Assembly: GCA_050014195.1 (NCBI GenBank)
Contig: JBEKDT010000001.1
Location: forward strand, 192,001 to 256,000
Length of the DNA stretch: 64,000 nucleotides
DNA from: Desulfomonilia bacterium
Lineage (GTDB): Bacteria > Desulfobacterota > Desulfomonilia > UBA1062
Reading direction: 5' to 3'
Below the pieces are notes generated by a model that worked only from the letters and a program-made list of their open reading frames with translations, made no database searches and had not been told where the DNA came from. Made by a program: the position numbers and the translations under genes. Within the stretch, counting starts at the first letter, position 1; every line of letters starts with the position of its first letter. Positions 39,259 to 48,532 of the stretch are shown piece by piece.

Positions 39259-42243
39259 ATGAAACTGAAAGAGCGCGAGCTATCCAGTAAATACCACTTG
39301 AATTTCAAGGTCTTCCTGGAGCTTATGTCTGCAAAAGTCCGCGAGATCCTGCTGATCTCGAGCCGTTATGATGCTTTCATCATCGAAGAAGACGTCACGC
39401 TGGCCTCCCGGATCATCTCCGAATACAGCGGGCTTAACCTCTCCCAGCCTCCCCGGGTGACGCGGACATCATCCGCCCTGCATGCACTCAAACTCCTGGA
39501 TGAGAAGAATTTCGACCTGGTCTTTTCCATGCCGAACCTCGAGGATATGGATGCCTTCACGCTGGGCAAAAAGATCAAAGAAAAGATGCCTCATCTGCCT
39601 GTCTATCTGCTGGCGCACAGCCTCAGGGGCATCCAGACTTCGAATGAGGCCATTCTCTACGAAGGGATCGACAAGGTCTTCATCTGGTCGGGGAACGCCG
39701 ACCTCCTGCTTGCCATCATCAAGAGCACGGAAGATGCACTGAACGTTGATTATGATACCACACATGCCCAGGTTTGCGTGCTCATTTTTGTCGAAGACTC
39801 ACCGCTCTACTATTCAACGCTGCTCCCCATCTTCTACAAGGAGGTGGTCCGCCAGATCCAGGCCGTTTTAGAGCTCGGGGTGAACGAGGAAGAGCGGCTG
39901 CTGATCATGCGCACCAGGCCCAAGATACTGTCCGCGCAGACCTTTGAAGAGGCCTCTGAGCTCTACGAGAAGTACAAGCCCTACCTGCTGGGTATCATCT
40001 CGGACACGCGCTTTCCAAAGCAGGGTAAAGTATACGGCAATGCCGGGGTTGATCTGCTTTCCCGGGCCAGGCAGGAGATGCCCTATCTACCCCTGCTCCT
40101 CTTCAGCTCCGAGCCGGAGAACCGGCCCAAGGCCGGGCGCATCCCGGCTGAGTTTATCGACAAGAACTCACCGAAGCTCTTAGATGAGATACACAACTTC
40201 TTCCTCACCCACCTGGGCTTCGGAGAATTTGTGTTCCACAAGCCCGACGGAACCGAAGTGGGCCGGGCAAACAAGCTGCGCATGCTCGAGGACAAGCTCG
40301 CCACGATCCCGGATGAGTCGCTGTGCCATCACATAGAAAAGAAGGACATGGCCAACTGGCTCATGATGCGCTCCGAAATCCCGCTTGCCTCCACTATCAG
40401 GGACCTGTCCTGCTCTTCGTTCACTTCCACCCGGGAGATGAGGGAGTACATCATATCCCTTATACACCTGGTGCGGAAATGGCGGCAGAAAGGCGTGGTG
40501 GCCAAGTTCAACAGGAAGGAGTTCAATATAGACCTCCTGGACTTCGCCAAGATCGGCCAGGGGTCTCTGGGAGGAAAGGCACGGGGCCTGGCGTTCATGT
40601 CATCCATGCTTCAGGAGGATATCAGCTTCTTAGAGAAGTACCGGCAGTGCACCATCCAGATTCCGCAGACTATCGTACTCGGCACCGATATCTTCGAAGA
40701 CTTCGTCGAGAGCAACAACCTTAAACGCTTCGCCTCGGAGGGATACACCGATGAGGAAGTGGCGCAGGCCTTCATGAGTGCAAAGATGCCCTATGGAATC
40801 GTTAAGGATCTTCAGACATACCTTGAACAGGTAGTCTACCCCCTTTCCGTGCGCTCATCGAGTCTGCTGGAAGACGCCCAGTTTCAGCCCTATGCAGGCC
40901 TGTATGAGACCTACATGATCCCCAATAACAACCCGGATTTTTCAAAACGGATCGAAGACCTCATCACTGCCATCAAGCTTGTGTATGCATCCACCTATTA
41001 CGAGAGCCCCAAGGCATTTGCAAAGAGCACTGCCAGCCAGGCCAAGGACGAGTCGATGGCAGTGGTCATCCAGCAGCTCGTGGGTGATGAGCACGGAGAC
41101 TATTACTATCCTACCATCTCCGGGGTGGCCCAGTCCCACAACTACTATCCCGTCTCGCACATGAAGCCCGAAGAAGGGATCGTGCAGATGGCCATCGGCT
41201 TCGGAAAGACCGTGGTCGAAGGAGGGAAGTCCCTGCGGTTCTCACCCAGATACCCCGAGATCCTGCCGCAGTTCTCCACGGTGGATGACATGATTACGAA
41301 TTCCCAGCGCTTCTTCTATTCACTTAAGATGAAGAACCATGACGACGGCGCACACCTCGGGGTGCATTCACACCTCGCCAGACGTGATATCTACGATGCA
41401 CGCGAAGAGTACCCCGTAGTTGCATGTGCAAGCACCTATGACGCAGCAGAACATCGGATAAGGGACACGAGCGAGGGCCCCGGCGGCAAGATCATCACCT
41501 TCTCCCAGATCCTGAAATACAAGAGCATACCTCTGCCTGAGATGCTCTCGGATATCATGGAGCTTGCCCGCAAGAATATGGGCTGCGCTGTTGAAATGGA
41601 GTTCGCGGTTAATCTCAAGAAAGACAAACCCGGCGCATGCGACTTCTACCTCCTCCAGGTGCGCCCTATGGTGACCGAGGAAGACCGCTTCGAGGTGGAG
41701 ATCACGGAAAAGGACCGCTCAAAGTCATTCTGCTACTCCAACCTCGCGCTCGGCAACGGCAAGCGGCAGGACATAGCGGACATCATCTTCGTGAAACCCG
41801 ATGATTTCAAGATCGAGGCCACACCGGAGATCGCCGAGGAAGTGGGCAGGCTCAACGGAATGCTGATTACGAAGAAGCTCCCCTACCTCCTCATCGGTCC
41901 GGGCAGGTGGGGCTCATTTGACCGGTGGCTGGGCATCCCGGTCCAGTGGAGACACATCTCGGGCGTAGGAGCGATCGTGGAGATCCGCGGCTCCCTGCTC
42001 AAGGCGGATCCGTCCCAGGGGTCACACTTCTTCCAGAACATCACCTCACTGGGTGTTCCATACGTGACCGTCACCGAAGGCAGCACCGACTTCCTCGACT
42101 GGAAGTGGCTTGAGTCTCTGAGCGTGATAACCGAGACGGCCTTCCTCAAGCATGTGAGGCTCGACGACCCGATCGTGATCAAGATCAACGGGAGAAAATC
42201 CCTGTGCGTCATGTATGTGGCCTTTGAGGACGACGTCCAATAA
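39259..42243 (+). CDS. Receiver-domain / PEP-pyruvate-binding (PPDK_N ATP-grasp) fusion protein
   Basis: Two REC-like segments, then GSLGGKARGL, VRSSSLLED, YAGLYET, EMEFAVN, LLQVRP dikinase motifs; C-terminal SQGSHFFQN; no pyruvate-binding barrel. Confidence 0.85.
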   Translation: MKLKERELSSKYHLNFKVFLELMSAKVREILLISSRYDAFIIEEDVTLASRIISEYSGLNLSQPPRVTRTSSALHALKLLDEKNFDLVFSMPNLEDMDAFTLGKKIKEKMPHLPVYLLAHSLRGIQTSNEAILYEGIDKVFIWSGNADLLLAIIKSTEDALNVDYDTTHAQVCVLIFVEDSPLYYSTLLPIFYKEVVRQIQAVLELGVNEEERLLIMRTRPKILSAQTFEEASELYEKYKPYLLGIISDTRFPKQGKVYGNAGVDLLSRARQEMPYLPLLLFSSEPENRPKAGRIPAEFIDKNSPKLLDEIHNFFLTHLGFGEFVFHKPDGTEVGRANKLRMLEDKLATIPDESLCHHIEKKDMANWLMMRSEIPLASTIRDLSCSSFTSTREMREYIISLIHLVRKWRQKGVVAKFNRKEFNIDLLDFAKIGQGSLGGKARGLAFMSSMLQEDISFLEKYRQCTIQIPQTIVLGTDIFEDFVESNNLKRFASEGYTDEEVAQAFMSAKMPYGIVKDLQTYLEQVVYPLSVRSSSLLEDAQFQPYAGLYETYMIPNNNPDFSKRIEDLITAIKLVYASTYYESPKAFAKSTASQAKDESMAVVIQQLVGDEHGDYYYPTISGVAQSHNYYPVSHMKPEEGIVQMAIGFGKTVVEGGKSLRFSPRYPEILPQFSTVDDMITNSQRFFYSLKMKNHDDGAHLGVHSHLARRDIYDAREEYPVVACASTYDAAEHRIRDTSEGPGGKIITFSQILKYKSIPLPEMLSDIMELARKNMGCAVEMEFAVNLKKDKPGACDFYLLQVRPMVTEEDRFEVEITEKDRSKSFCYSNLALGNGKRQDIADIIFVKPDDFKIEATPEIAEEVGRLNGMLITKKLPYLLIGPGRWGSFDRWLGIPVQWRHISGVGAIVEIRGSLLKADPSQGSHFFQNITSLGVPYVTVTEGSTDFLDWKWLESLSVITETAFLKHVRLDDPIVIKINGRKSLCVMYVAFEDDVQ

Positions 42244-42296
42244 ACCTTGAAAAAGCGAGGCCAAAACGCTATCTACAAAGGAAAAGGTCTTATAGC

Positions 42297-42488
42297 ATGA
42301 AGTTATCAAGGAATAAGATAGTCCCCCTGCTCTTTACCCTGCTCGGTGTGATCGACTTCATATACGGCATCATGAGGCATGACATGATAAGCCTGGGCAT
42401 GGGTGCGCTTCTGGTGGTCATCTCGCTCTATGTACTCAAGAGGGAGAGCACATCAAGTTCTCATGAACAAAAGAGGCCTAAAGAGTGA
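42297..42488 (+). CDS. Small two-TM hypothetical protein
   Basis: 63 aa, two hydrophobic helices, co-oriented between flanking genes. Confidence 0.6.
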   Translation: MKLSRNKIVPLLFTLLGVIDFIYGIMRHDMISLGMGALLVVISLYVLKRESTSSSHEQKRPKE

Positions 42489-42508
42489 TGAGAAGGAGTT
42501 TTTAAAGC

Positions 42509-43696
42509 ATGGACGATAAGAAAAATCCGGGAGCCGGGACCATTGCCGTGTGGGGGGGCGAGGAGAAGAGCGCGTCCGGCAGGCCCACCCAGGTGCCCAT
42601 CGTGCAGAGCGTCTCCTTTGGGTACGACGATATGGATCAGTGGCTGCAGGTGGGCAAGGGCTTAGAGAAGGGCCACATCTACAGCCGCAACACCAATCCT
42701 ACCCTGGAGGCCTTTGAAGAAAAGATCCGTCTGCTCGAAGGGGCCGGGGCCGCTACATCCTTTTCCAGCGGCATGGCCGCCATCAGCAACACCCTGTTCA
42801 CCCTCCTGTCTCCCGGAGACCGCATCGTTTCCATCAAGGACAGCTATGGCGGCACAAGCAAGCTCTTCATCGAATTTCTCCCCAGGTTCAATATTGAGGC
42901 CATATTGTGTGAAACCACTGATCACGAGCAGATCGAGGCCGAGGTAATGAAAGGCTGCAAGGTGCTTTACCTCGAAACACCCACAAACCCTACGCTCAAG
43001 GTTGTAGATATCTCACGTCTGGCAAAGTCAGCCCATGATGCCGGGGCGATTGTGGCCATGGACAACACCTTTGCCACACCCATCAACCAGCAGCCGCTTA
43101 CTTTAGGTGCCGACCTGGTCATCCACAGCGCCACCAAGTTCCTGGGAGGGCATGCCGATGCTTTGGGCGGGGCCGTGTGCGGACCGGAAGAGCTGATAAA
43201 GAAGATTTACCACTTCCGGGAGATCAATGGCGCTGCCCTGGACCCCATGGCTGCCTACCTCCTGCTTCGCGGCATGAAGACCCTGCACCTGCGCGTGGGA
43301 AGACAGAACGAAAGCGCCCTTGCCATTGCCCGCCACCTGGAGAAACACCCTGCGGTGAGCCGGGTCTTTTATCCGGGATTGATCAGCCACCCTCAGCACG
43401 AAATCGCCAAGAAGCAGATGAGCGGATTCGGCGGGGTGTTGAGCTTTATCCTGAAAGGTGATTTTTCTGCCCTCAAGGTCTTCCTGCCCAGGCTCCTTCT
43501 TGCCCACAGGGCTGCAAACCTTGGGGCGGTGGAGACCATTGCAGGCCCGCCCGCGCTCACCAGCCACGTAGAATGTACCCCGGAGGAACGCGCTGCCATG
43601 GGCATCCCCGAGGGGCTCATCCGGTATTCCGTGGGGATCGAGGACGCGAGTGATCTTATATCTGATCTAAACAACGCCCTTGATGGGCTGGCGTGA
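42509..43696 (+). CDS. PLP-dependent Cys/Met metabolism gamma-family enzyme
   Basis: YSRNTNPT, SGMAA, YGGT, ETPTNP, DNTFATP, HSATKFLGGH, RYSVGIED. Confidence 0.93.
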   Translation: MDDKKNPGAGTIAVWGGEEKSASGRPTQVPIVQSVSFGYDDMDQWLQVGKGLEKGHIYSRNTNPTLEAFEEKIRLLEGAGAATSFSSGMAAISNTLFTLLSPGDRIVSIKDSYGGTSKLFIEFLPRFNIEAILCETTDHEQIEAEVMKGCKVLYLETPTNPTLKVVDISRLAKSAHDAGAIVAMDNTFATPINQQPLTLGADLVIHSATKFLGGHADALGGAVCGPEELIKKIYHFREINGAALDPMAAYLLLRGMKTLHLRVGRQNESALAIARHLEKHPAVSRVFYPGLISHPQHEIAKKQMSGFGGVLSFILKGDFSALKVFLPRLLLAHRAANLGAVETIAGPPALTSHVECTPEERAAMGIPEGLIRYSVGIEDASDLISDLNNALDGLA

Positions 43697-43705
43697 GGGT
43701 AATCA

Positions 43706-44863
43706 TCAATAACGAATGGGGTATAGAATGGTATACTTCATCCCTGACCATGTCCCCGGAATAACAATCAGATAGGAATCCATGGCAAAGAGGCCATCGC
43801 TTTTTCTCCTGGCAGTTACAATGATACGGTTCGTCTTCCTGGTCAGGTGAAAGGGTCCTTTGCAGCTTAAAACCCCTGTCCTGGAATCAAATTGGGCATT
43901 GAGTCTCTTCTTCTCAGAGAGAAACAGGTTGATCCGGCCAGGTTCATAGAGCCCGGGATCTTTCAGGGTGATGGACACCTCGGGAATGGTATCGGATGCA
44001 AGCATCCCGCTTTCAGGGAAACGCCAAGTCACGGGAAGGGGGGGATTCATGAGTTTCTTGGCAAAATCATTGAGGCTCATCTCGGCGCCTACTACGGCCT
44101 GGCGGGGTAAGCGGTCGAACTCGGCGCCTTCTCCGACGCTCCCGGGGTCGGATGTGAGCATGAGACGGAAGCCTGCACGTTTTGCAACAGCACGGACAGT
44201 GTCATTATATTGGCCATAAGGATATGCGAAGTACTTAATCCGGCGGCCCAGGTTCTTTTCCAGGGTTTCCTTGGAGCCTTTGACCTCCTGTTCTATTTCC
44301 TTTTCCTTGAGATTTATCAATCGTGGGTGTGTATAGGTGTGGCACCCCACCTCACCTCCCCAGGCGTCAAGCTGCTTAAGCTGTTCCCAGCTCATGTAAT
44401 TTTTAACACCTATGCCATGGGTGAAGACAAAGATGCAGAAGGGAAAATGGTACTTCTTGAGGATGGGGACCGCCTTATCATACCCTGAGATAAATCCGTC
44501 ATCGATGGTTATGACAACGCCCTTTTCAGGAACGGGACGCTTGCCCTCCAAACAATCGGCAAGCTGATCCATGGAGAGCACCGTATACCCGTGAGACTTT
44601 AAGTATTCCATCTGCAGGTCAAATTGGGTGCTGGAGGTTGTAGTGGTGGGAAATCTGTTTTCATCGAATCTGTGGTAGAGGAGCACCGAGATGTATGCGG
44701 ATGCTGCTGTCGTCAGGCCCGGCATCAGGCAGATTCCAGCAGCGATAATCAGCACCAGGCGAAAATGAAGAGATGCCCTCATCATAAACAAACTCTGAAG
44801 AGATCCACTCTCGTAGGCTTTATCCGCCTTCAGGTAAGCGCTATTGGAGCCGGTAGTCATCAT
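43706..44863 (-). CDS. Polysaccharide deacetylase (CE4), exported; true start may be near 44785
   Basis: LLYHRF, ITIDDG, HTYTHP, FAYPYG. Confidence 0.9.
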   Translation of the reverse strand: MMTTGSNSAYLKADKAYESGSLQSLFMMRASLHFRLVLIIAAGICLMPGLTTAASAYISVLLYHRFDENRFPTTTTSSTQFDLQMEYLKSHGYTVLSMDQLADCLEGKRPVPEKGVVITIDDGFISGYDKAVPILKKYHFPFCIFVFTHGIGVKNYMSWEQLKQLDAWGGEVGCHTYTHPRLINLKEKEIEQEVKGSKETLEKNLGRRIKYFAYPYGQYNDTVRAVAKRAGFRLMLTSDPGSVGEGAEFDRLPRQAVVGAEMSLNDFAKKLMNPPLPVTWRFPESGMLASDTIPEVSITLKDPGLYEPGRINLFLSEKKRLNAQFDSRTGVLSCKGPFHLTRKTNRIIVTARRKSDGLFAMDSYLIVIPGTWSGMKYTILYPIRY

Positions 44864-45665
44864 AGCTCTTCAGCGCATTGTAGCTGATGAGCAGCTCCAC
44901 CCTGCGCACATACTCGATTCCCATCTGGGAATAATTCCGCAGCCCCTGTGCCAAGGCGAAAGAATCATACGGCGGCTGACTCAAAGAACGTATGTATCTC
45001 AGTTCTTCATATTGCGGGTTGGTGTTGATGTTCCACATATAATAATCAATGCACGACTGCAGGTCATTGAAAACAGACACGGTGAATTCCTTATCACTAT
45101 CCTGTTCCTTGGGTACCATGCCATAACCCGAAGGGGTGCGCAGACCGAAGATATTGTTCCCTTTAATGCAGAAACGTGAGGTCCCCCATCCTGACTCAAT
45201 GGCGGCCTGGGCAATGATGAGGGAGACAGGGAGAACGTTTACCCTCTTGAGAAGCTCTTGAACCATCATCTCGTAGGAGTTGGATTCCACCAGATACACG
45301 CGGGCGAATGAGATGAGAGTCTCTTTTTCCTGCGGGGTCAGGTACGGCAGCCTCTGCCGTAGATGCTCTATGACGAGTCGCTGATTGCGGATAGCCCCGT
45401 TTGCTCGCAGCACGAGCGGCAACAGAATCTCGATAAGATACTGTTTCCTTTCCTGCACGTCATCGATTTGTGCAAGCTGGTCCGGCATACTCGCGGTGTA
45501 TTGGTATTCGATGGAGGGACTCTGCGCGGGTACGGCACGAGGTGCGCCTGTACCTGTGTTCATCCTCGTCGGTATTAAGGCAGCCCCGATCAGTGAAGCA
45601 AAAAAACACACCGAAATAACCGTGAGTCTTCGCAGCTGACCCTTATTACTTTGTGTACCATCCAT
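44841..45665 (-). CDS. Bax-like glucosaminidase domain protein
   Basis: N-terminal TM; RK..F/L...LLP, PVSLIIAQAAIESGWGTSRF, NNIFG, NINT...Y..LR, YS...EY. Confidence 0.88.
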   Translation of the reverse strand: MDGTQSNKGQLRRLTVISVCFFASLIGAALIPTRMNTGTGAPRAVPAQSPSIEYQYTASMPDQLAQIDDVQERKQYLIEILLPLVLRANGAIRNQRLVIEHLRQRLPYLTPQEKETLISFARVYLVESNSYEMMVQELLKRVNVLPVSLIIAQAAIESGWGTSRFCIKGNNIFGLRTPSGYGMVPKEQDSDKEFTVSVFNDLQSCIDYYMWNINTNPQYEELRYIRSLSQPPYDSFALAQGLRNYSQMGIEYVRRVELLISYNALKSYDDYRLQ

Positions 45666-45819
45666 AGTGCACTCTGTGCTGAAGTCATGTGCTCAAACTC
45701 GTTTTATTTACCTGACATATTTTCACAGAGCAAGAAAAAAATGCTGCAACGTTCCAAAGAATCAGGAACCTTCACCCCAAACCGTTTTACACATGAAAAA
45801 CACTTCGCCAAAAACTTCC

Positions 45820-45848
45820 TTGCATTATGAATCATGATTCAGTAATAT
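45820..45848 (+). promoter_or_regulatory. Sigma70-type promoter of the F0 operon containing a 14-bp palindrome
   Basis: TTGCAT-N17-TAATAT; TGAATCATGATTCA at 45828-45841 within the spacer. Confidence 0.6.
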
Positions 45849-45883
45849 GTCTTGAAATTATTTGTAAGGGGTAGGCCTACATA

Positions 45884-46138
45884 ATGGCGGATGACAAGGA
45901 CAAGGAAAGAAGAAAGATGTACCTCACCGTTGCGGATCTGAGCACGATGGGATTCGCCATGGTATTCTCTATTGTCCTCGGCCTTATTGCAGGCTTCTAC
46001 CTTGACAGCAAATTCGGTACAGAGCCGATCCTAACCTTTGTCTTTCTCTTCGGCGGTATCATGGCAGGGTTCAGGATGATGTATAAGACATACATGCGAT
46101 TTTTCAACGAGGATAAGTCAGGTGAAAAGCACAAGTAA
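45884..46138 (+). CDS. AtpZ/AtpI family protein
   Basis: Two TMs, G..LD..FGT.P motif; first gene of the F0 operon. Confidence 0.85.
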   Translation: MADDKDKERRKMYLTVADLSTMGFAMVFSIVLGLIAGFYLDSKFGTEPILTFVFLFGGIMAGFRMMYKTYMRFFNEDKSGEKHK

Positions 46139-46505
46139 GGACCCTGTTCAGAAGAGGATCGAGCTCATCGCGCTAGCCCTCTGGGCAACGTTTTGTATTA
46201 TCAGTCTTCCGCTGTTCGGCTCGAAGTTTGCCCTGGGGGTCCTGCTTGGCGGCGCCCTATGCCTTGCGAATTACCAGTTGCTCTGGCGTCATGCAAAGTC
46301 CTCGGTTACATTTGAAGCCAAACAGGGCAAGGCCTTCATGATCAGACGCTACATCCTGCGGCTCGCTTTAACAGGGGCTGCCCTCTACGTCCTTATCGCG
46401 CTGCTGCATGTCGACATCTTAGGGCTGCTGCTGGGCCTGTCCGTTATCATGCTCGGCGTCATGAGTTACGCATGCTACACCTACATCTGTGCAGGAGGAG
46501 ATTAG
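46122..46505 (+). CDS. atpI: ATP synthase subunit I
   Basis: Four TMs, GVLLGG...ANY, Y.LR, GLLLGLS; directly before atpB. Confidence 0.82.
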   Translation: MKSTSKDPVQKRIELIALALWATFCIISLPLFGSKFALGVLLGGALCLANYQLLWRHAKSSVTFEAKQGKAFMIRRYILRLALTGAALYVLIALLHVDILGLLLGLSVIMLGVMSYACYTYICAGGD

Positions 46506-46506
46506 T

Positions 46507-47214
46507 ATGGAACACGGGTACCTCGTTCTGAATTTCATCACCCATCCCCTTTATGAACTCATCCATGAAAAGTTCGGCCTGACTGACGGCAACCACATGC
46601 ACCAGGTCACCTTTACCTGGCTCTACATGCTCTTTCTCATCGTGATTTCTCTAATTGTGTCCAGGAATCTGAAGATGGTTCCGGGAAGGCTTCAAAATTT
46701 TTTAGAGGTGGTCATCGGCGGACTGAAGTCACTTGTGGTGGACACCATGAGCGAGCACGGCATGAGGTTCTTCCCACTCATAGCCACTATCGCGGTATAC
46801 ATCTTCACATGCAACATGGGAGGCGTTATTCCCGGCTTCTATTCACCCACGGCAAACCTCAATACCAACCTGTCCATGGCACTCACCGTGTTTCTATTGA
46901 CACACATCGTGGGCGTGAAGATCCATGGCTTCAAATATCTCAAACATTTCCTGGGTCCGGTGTGGTGGATGGCGCCCATCATGTTGCCGGTGGAGCTCAT
47001 CGGCCACCTGGCGCGGCCGCTTTCTCTCACCATGCGGCTCTTTGGGAATATATTCGGTGAAGACCTGGTGCTCGTGGTTCTCTTGGCACTGGTCCCGTTC
47101 CTCCTTCCCATGCCCATGCTTGTACTCATGATATTCACCTCGATCCTGCAGGCATTCGTGTTCACGCTGCTTGCCATGATGTATATAAGCGGCGCTATGG
47201 AGGAGTCCCACTAA
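46507..47214 (+). CDS. atpB: ATP synthase F0 subunit a
   Basis: PTANLN, RPLSLTMRLFGN, LQAFVFTLL. Confidence 0.97.
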   Translation: MEHGYLVLNFITHPLYELIHEKFGLTDGNHMHQVTFTWLYMLFLIVISLIVSRNLKMVPGRLQNFLEVVIGGLKSLVVDTMSEHGMRFFPLIATIAVYIFTCNMGGVIPGFYSPTANLNTNLSMALTVFLLTHIVGVKIHGFKYLKHFLGPVWWMAPIMLPVELIGHLARPLSLTMRLFGNIFGEDLVLVVLLALVPFLLPMPMLVLMIFTSILQAFVFTLLAMMYISGAMEESH

Positions 47215-47366
47215 GCGAGAATAATAACAGGCATGTTTGCGGAAACCCGCCAGTTTGATGTTTTATGTGCCGGACAACGATTTTGACGGCTACCAAGAAA
47301 GCTGGGTAGGATACAATCCTGGCCGCCTTTGGTAATATGAATATAATAAAATAGTTGGAGGATTGT

Positions 47367-47723
47367 ATGAAGAAATTTTTATGTTTATCAGGAGTTTCAG
47401 TATTCTTGGTCCTGGGGTTCTCATCACTAGTCTTTGCAGCAGGAGGCACGGCAAGCCCTGAAGCCATCCAGTATTTCTCCTGGGCCTCTGTAGCTGCGGG
47501 TATCGGTATGGCTCTCGCAGCCTTCGGTACCGGCATAGGCCAGGGCCACGGTGTTCAGGGCGCCTGCGATGGTATTGCCCGCAACCCTGAGGCATCGGGC
47601 AAAATACTGACAGCGCTCATCCTTGGCCTGGCCATGATCGAGTCCCTGGCCATCTATGCGCTGGTTATCGAGCTTATCCTGCTCTACGCAAATCCGTTCA
47701 TCAAGTTCATGGGCCTGCAGTAA
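47367..47723 (+). CDS. atpE: ATP synthase F0 subunit c with N-terminal extension
   Basis: [24 protein letters not shown]; GGAGG RBS. Confidence 0.96.
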   Translation: MKKFLCLSGVSVFLVLGFSSLVFAAGGTASPEAIQYFSWASVAAGIGMALAAFGTGIGQGHGVQGACDGIARNPEASGKILTALILGLAMIESLAIYALVIELILLYANPFIKFMGLQ

Positions 47724-47753
47724 AAAGATATCGAAATCAAGCAAGAATCCACA

Positions 47754-47786
47754 AAGAGGGGCTCTTAAAAGAGAGCCCCTCTTCTT
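47754..47786 (+). terminator. Intrinsic terminator after atpE
   Basis: AAGAGGGGCTCT-TAAAAG-AGAGCCCCTCTT followed by CTT. Confidence 0.75.
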
Positions 47787-47858
47787 AATCTGGTCACTGT
47801 TCACCATGCAGGTTTATGAACAAACTACCTGAAGAAAATATAAAGAGCTCAACGAGCC

Positions 47859-48110
47859 CTACATCCCTAGTAAGGCCTTGACCTTCTTCTTCTGCTCCTC
47901 GCTGGCAAAGTAGAAGGCAGCGGCACCACCCGCGAGTAAAAGCAGGGTAAAGGGTCTGAATATAAGTCTGAAGATGGCCTTCACCACCGATTTAATCACT
48001 GAGACAACCCCGCCGATGATGCCGAAAAGAACGACATCGGCCACGATGAATTTAATCAGCTTAAATGGGGCAAGGATAATCGATGTAATAAGGTTAAAAA
48101 GAAAGCGCAT
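47859..48110 (-). CDS. Small membrane hypothetical protein
   Basis: 83 aa hydrophobic ORF with AGGAGG RBS, downstream of csrA. Confidence 0.7.
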   Translation of the reverse strand: MRFLFNLITSIILAPFKLIKFIVADVVLFGIIGGVVSVIKSVVKAIFRLIFRPFTLLLLAGGAAAFYFASEEQKKKVKALLGM

Positions 48111-48166
48111 GGTCTTACACCTCCTGCTTTAATATTTTTTTAAGAGTTTCGGTATAGACTCTGTTC

Positions 48167-48403
48167 TTACGAGTCCTTTTTCAAGAGCAGATCCTCTACG
48201 GACCCTAACGCGTCTTTCGATACTAAAGCGGCCCGCTTGTTCTCTTCCTGTATTTTTAAATAAATCTCTTCTCGGTGCACCGTCACGTCTTTGGGCGCTC
48301 GAATACCGAGCTTGACCTGGGTACCCTTGATCTCGACCACGGATACCTGGATATCATCGCCGATGGCGACAGATTCGCCGACTTTCCTTGTCAGTATCAG
48401 CAA
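48167..48403 (-). CDS. csrA: Carbon storage regulator CsrA
   Basis: [16 protein letters not shown]...V..GIRAP..V.VHREEIY. Confidence 0.97.
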   Translation of the reverse strand: MLILTRKVGESVAIGDDIQVSVVEIKGTQVKLGIRAPKDVTVHREEIYLKIQEENKRAALVSKDALGSVEDLLLKKDS

Positions 48404-48445
48404 TGAGACCCCCGAAACGTGTCTTTTGAAGAAAGTATTACATGA

Positions 48446-48532
48446 TTATTGTATTGAAAGCAACGACTGCATCATCGTATTGCTCATGGATATCAGACTC
48501 ACAGAGCCCTGATAAAGATATTGATCCCTCAT
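48446..48532 (-). pseudogene. Diverged duplicate of the flgK 3' end (28-codon ORF)
   Basis: MRDQYLYQGSVSLISMSNTMMQSLLSIQ* aligns without gaps to the FlgK tail NQYLYQASAKLISICDSMMQYLLSL; its ATG overlaps the flgK stop. Confidence 0.75.

Noticed and set aside
39259-42243. Calling this gene ppsA or ppdK
   Set aside because: It lacks the C-terminal pyruvate-binding barrel and the canonical GG.TSHAA phospho-His motif, and carries receiver domains.
45850-45867. Possible Rex operator before the F0 operon
   Set aside because: Only 9 of 14 consensus positions match in AT-rich DNA.
45884-47723. F0 genes without the b subunit and F1 genes
   Set aside because: A split atp operon is normal in deltaproteobacteria.
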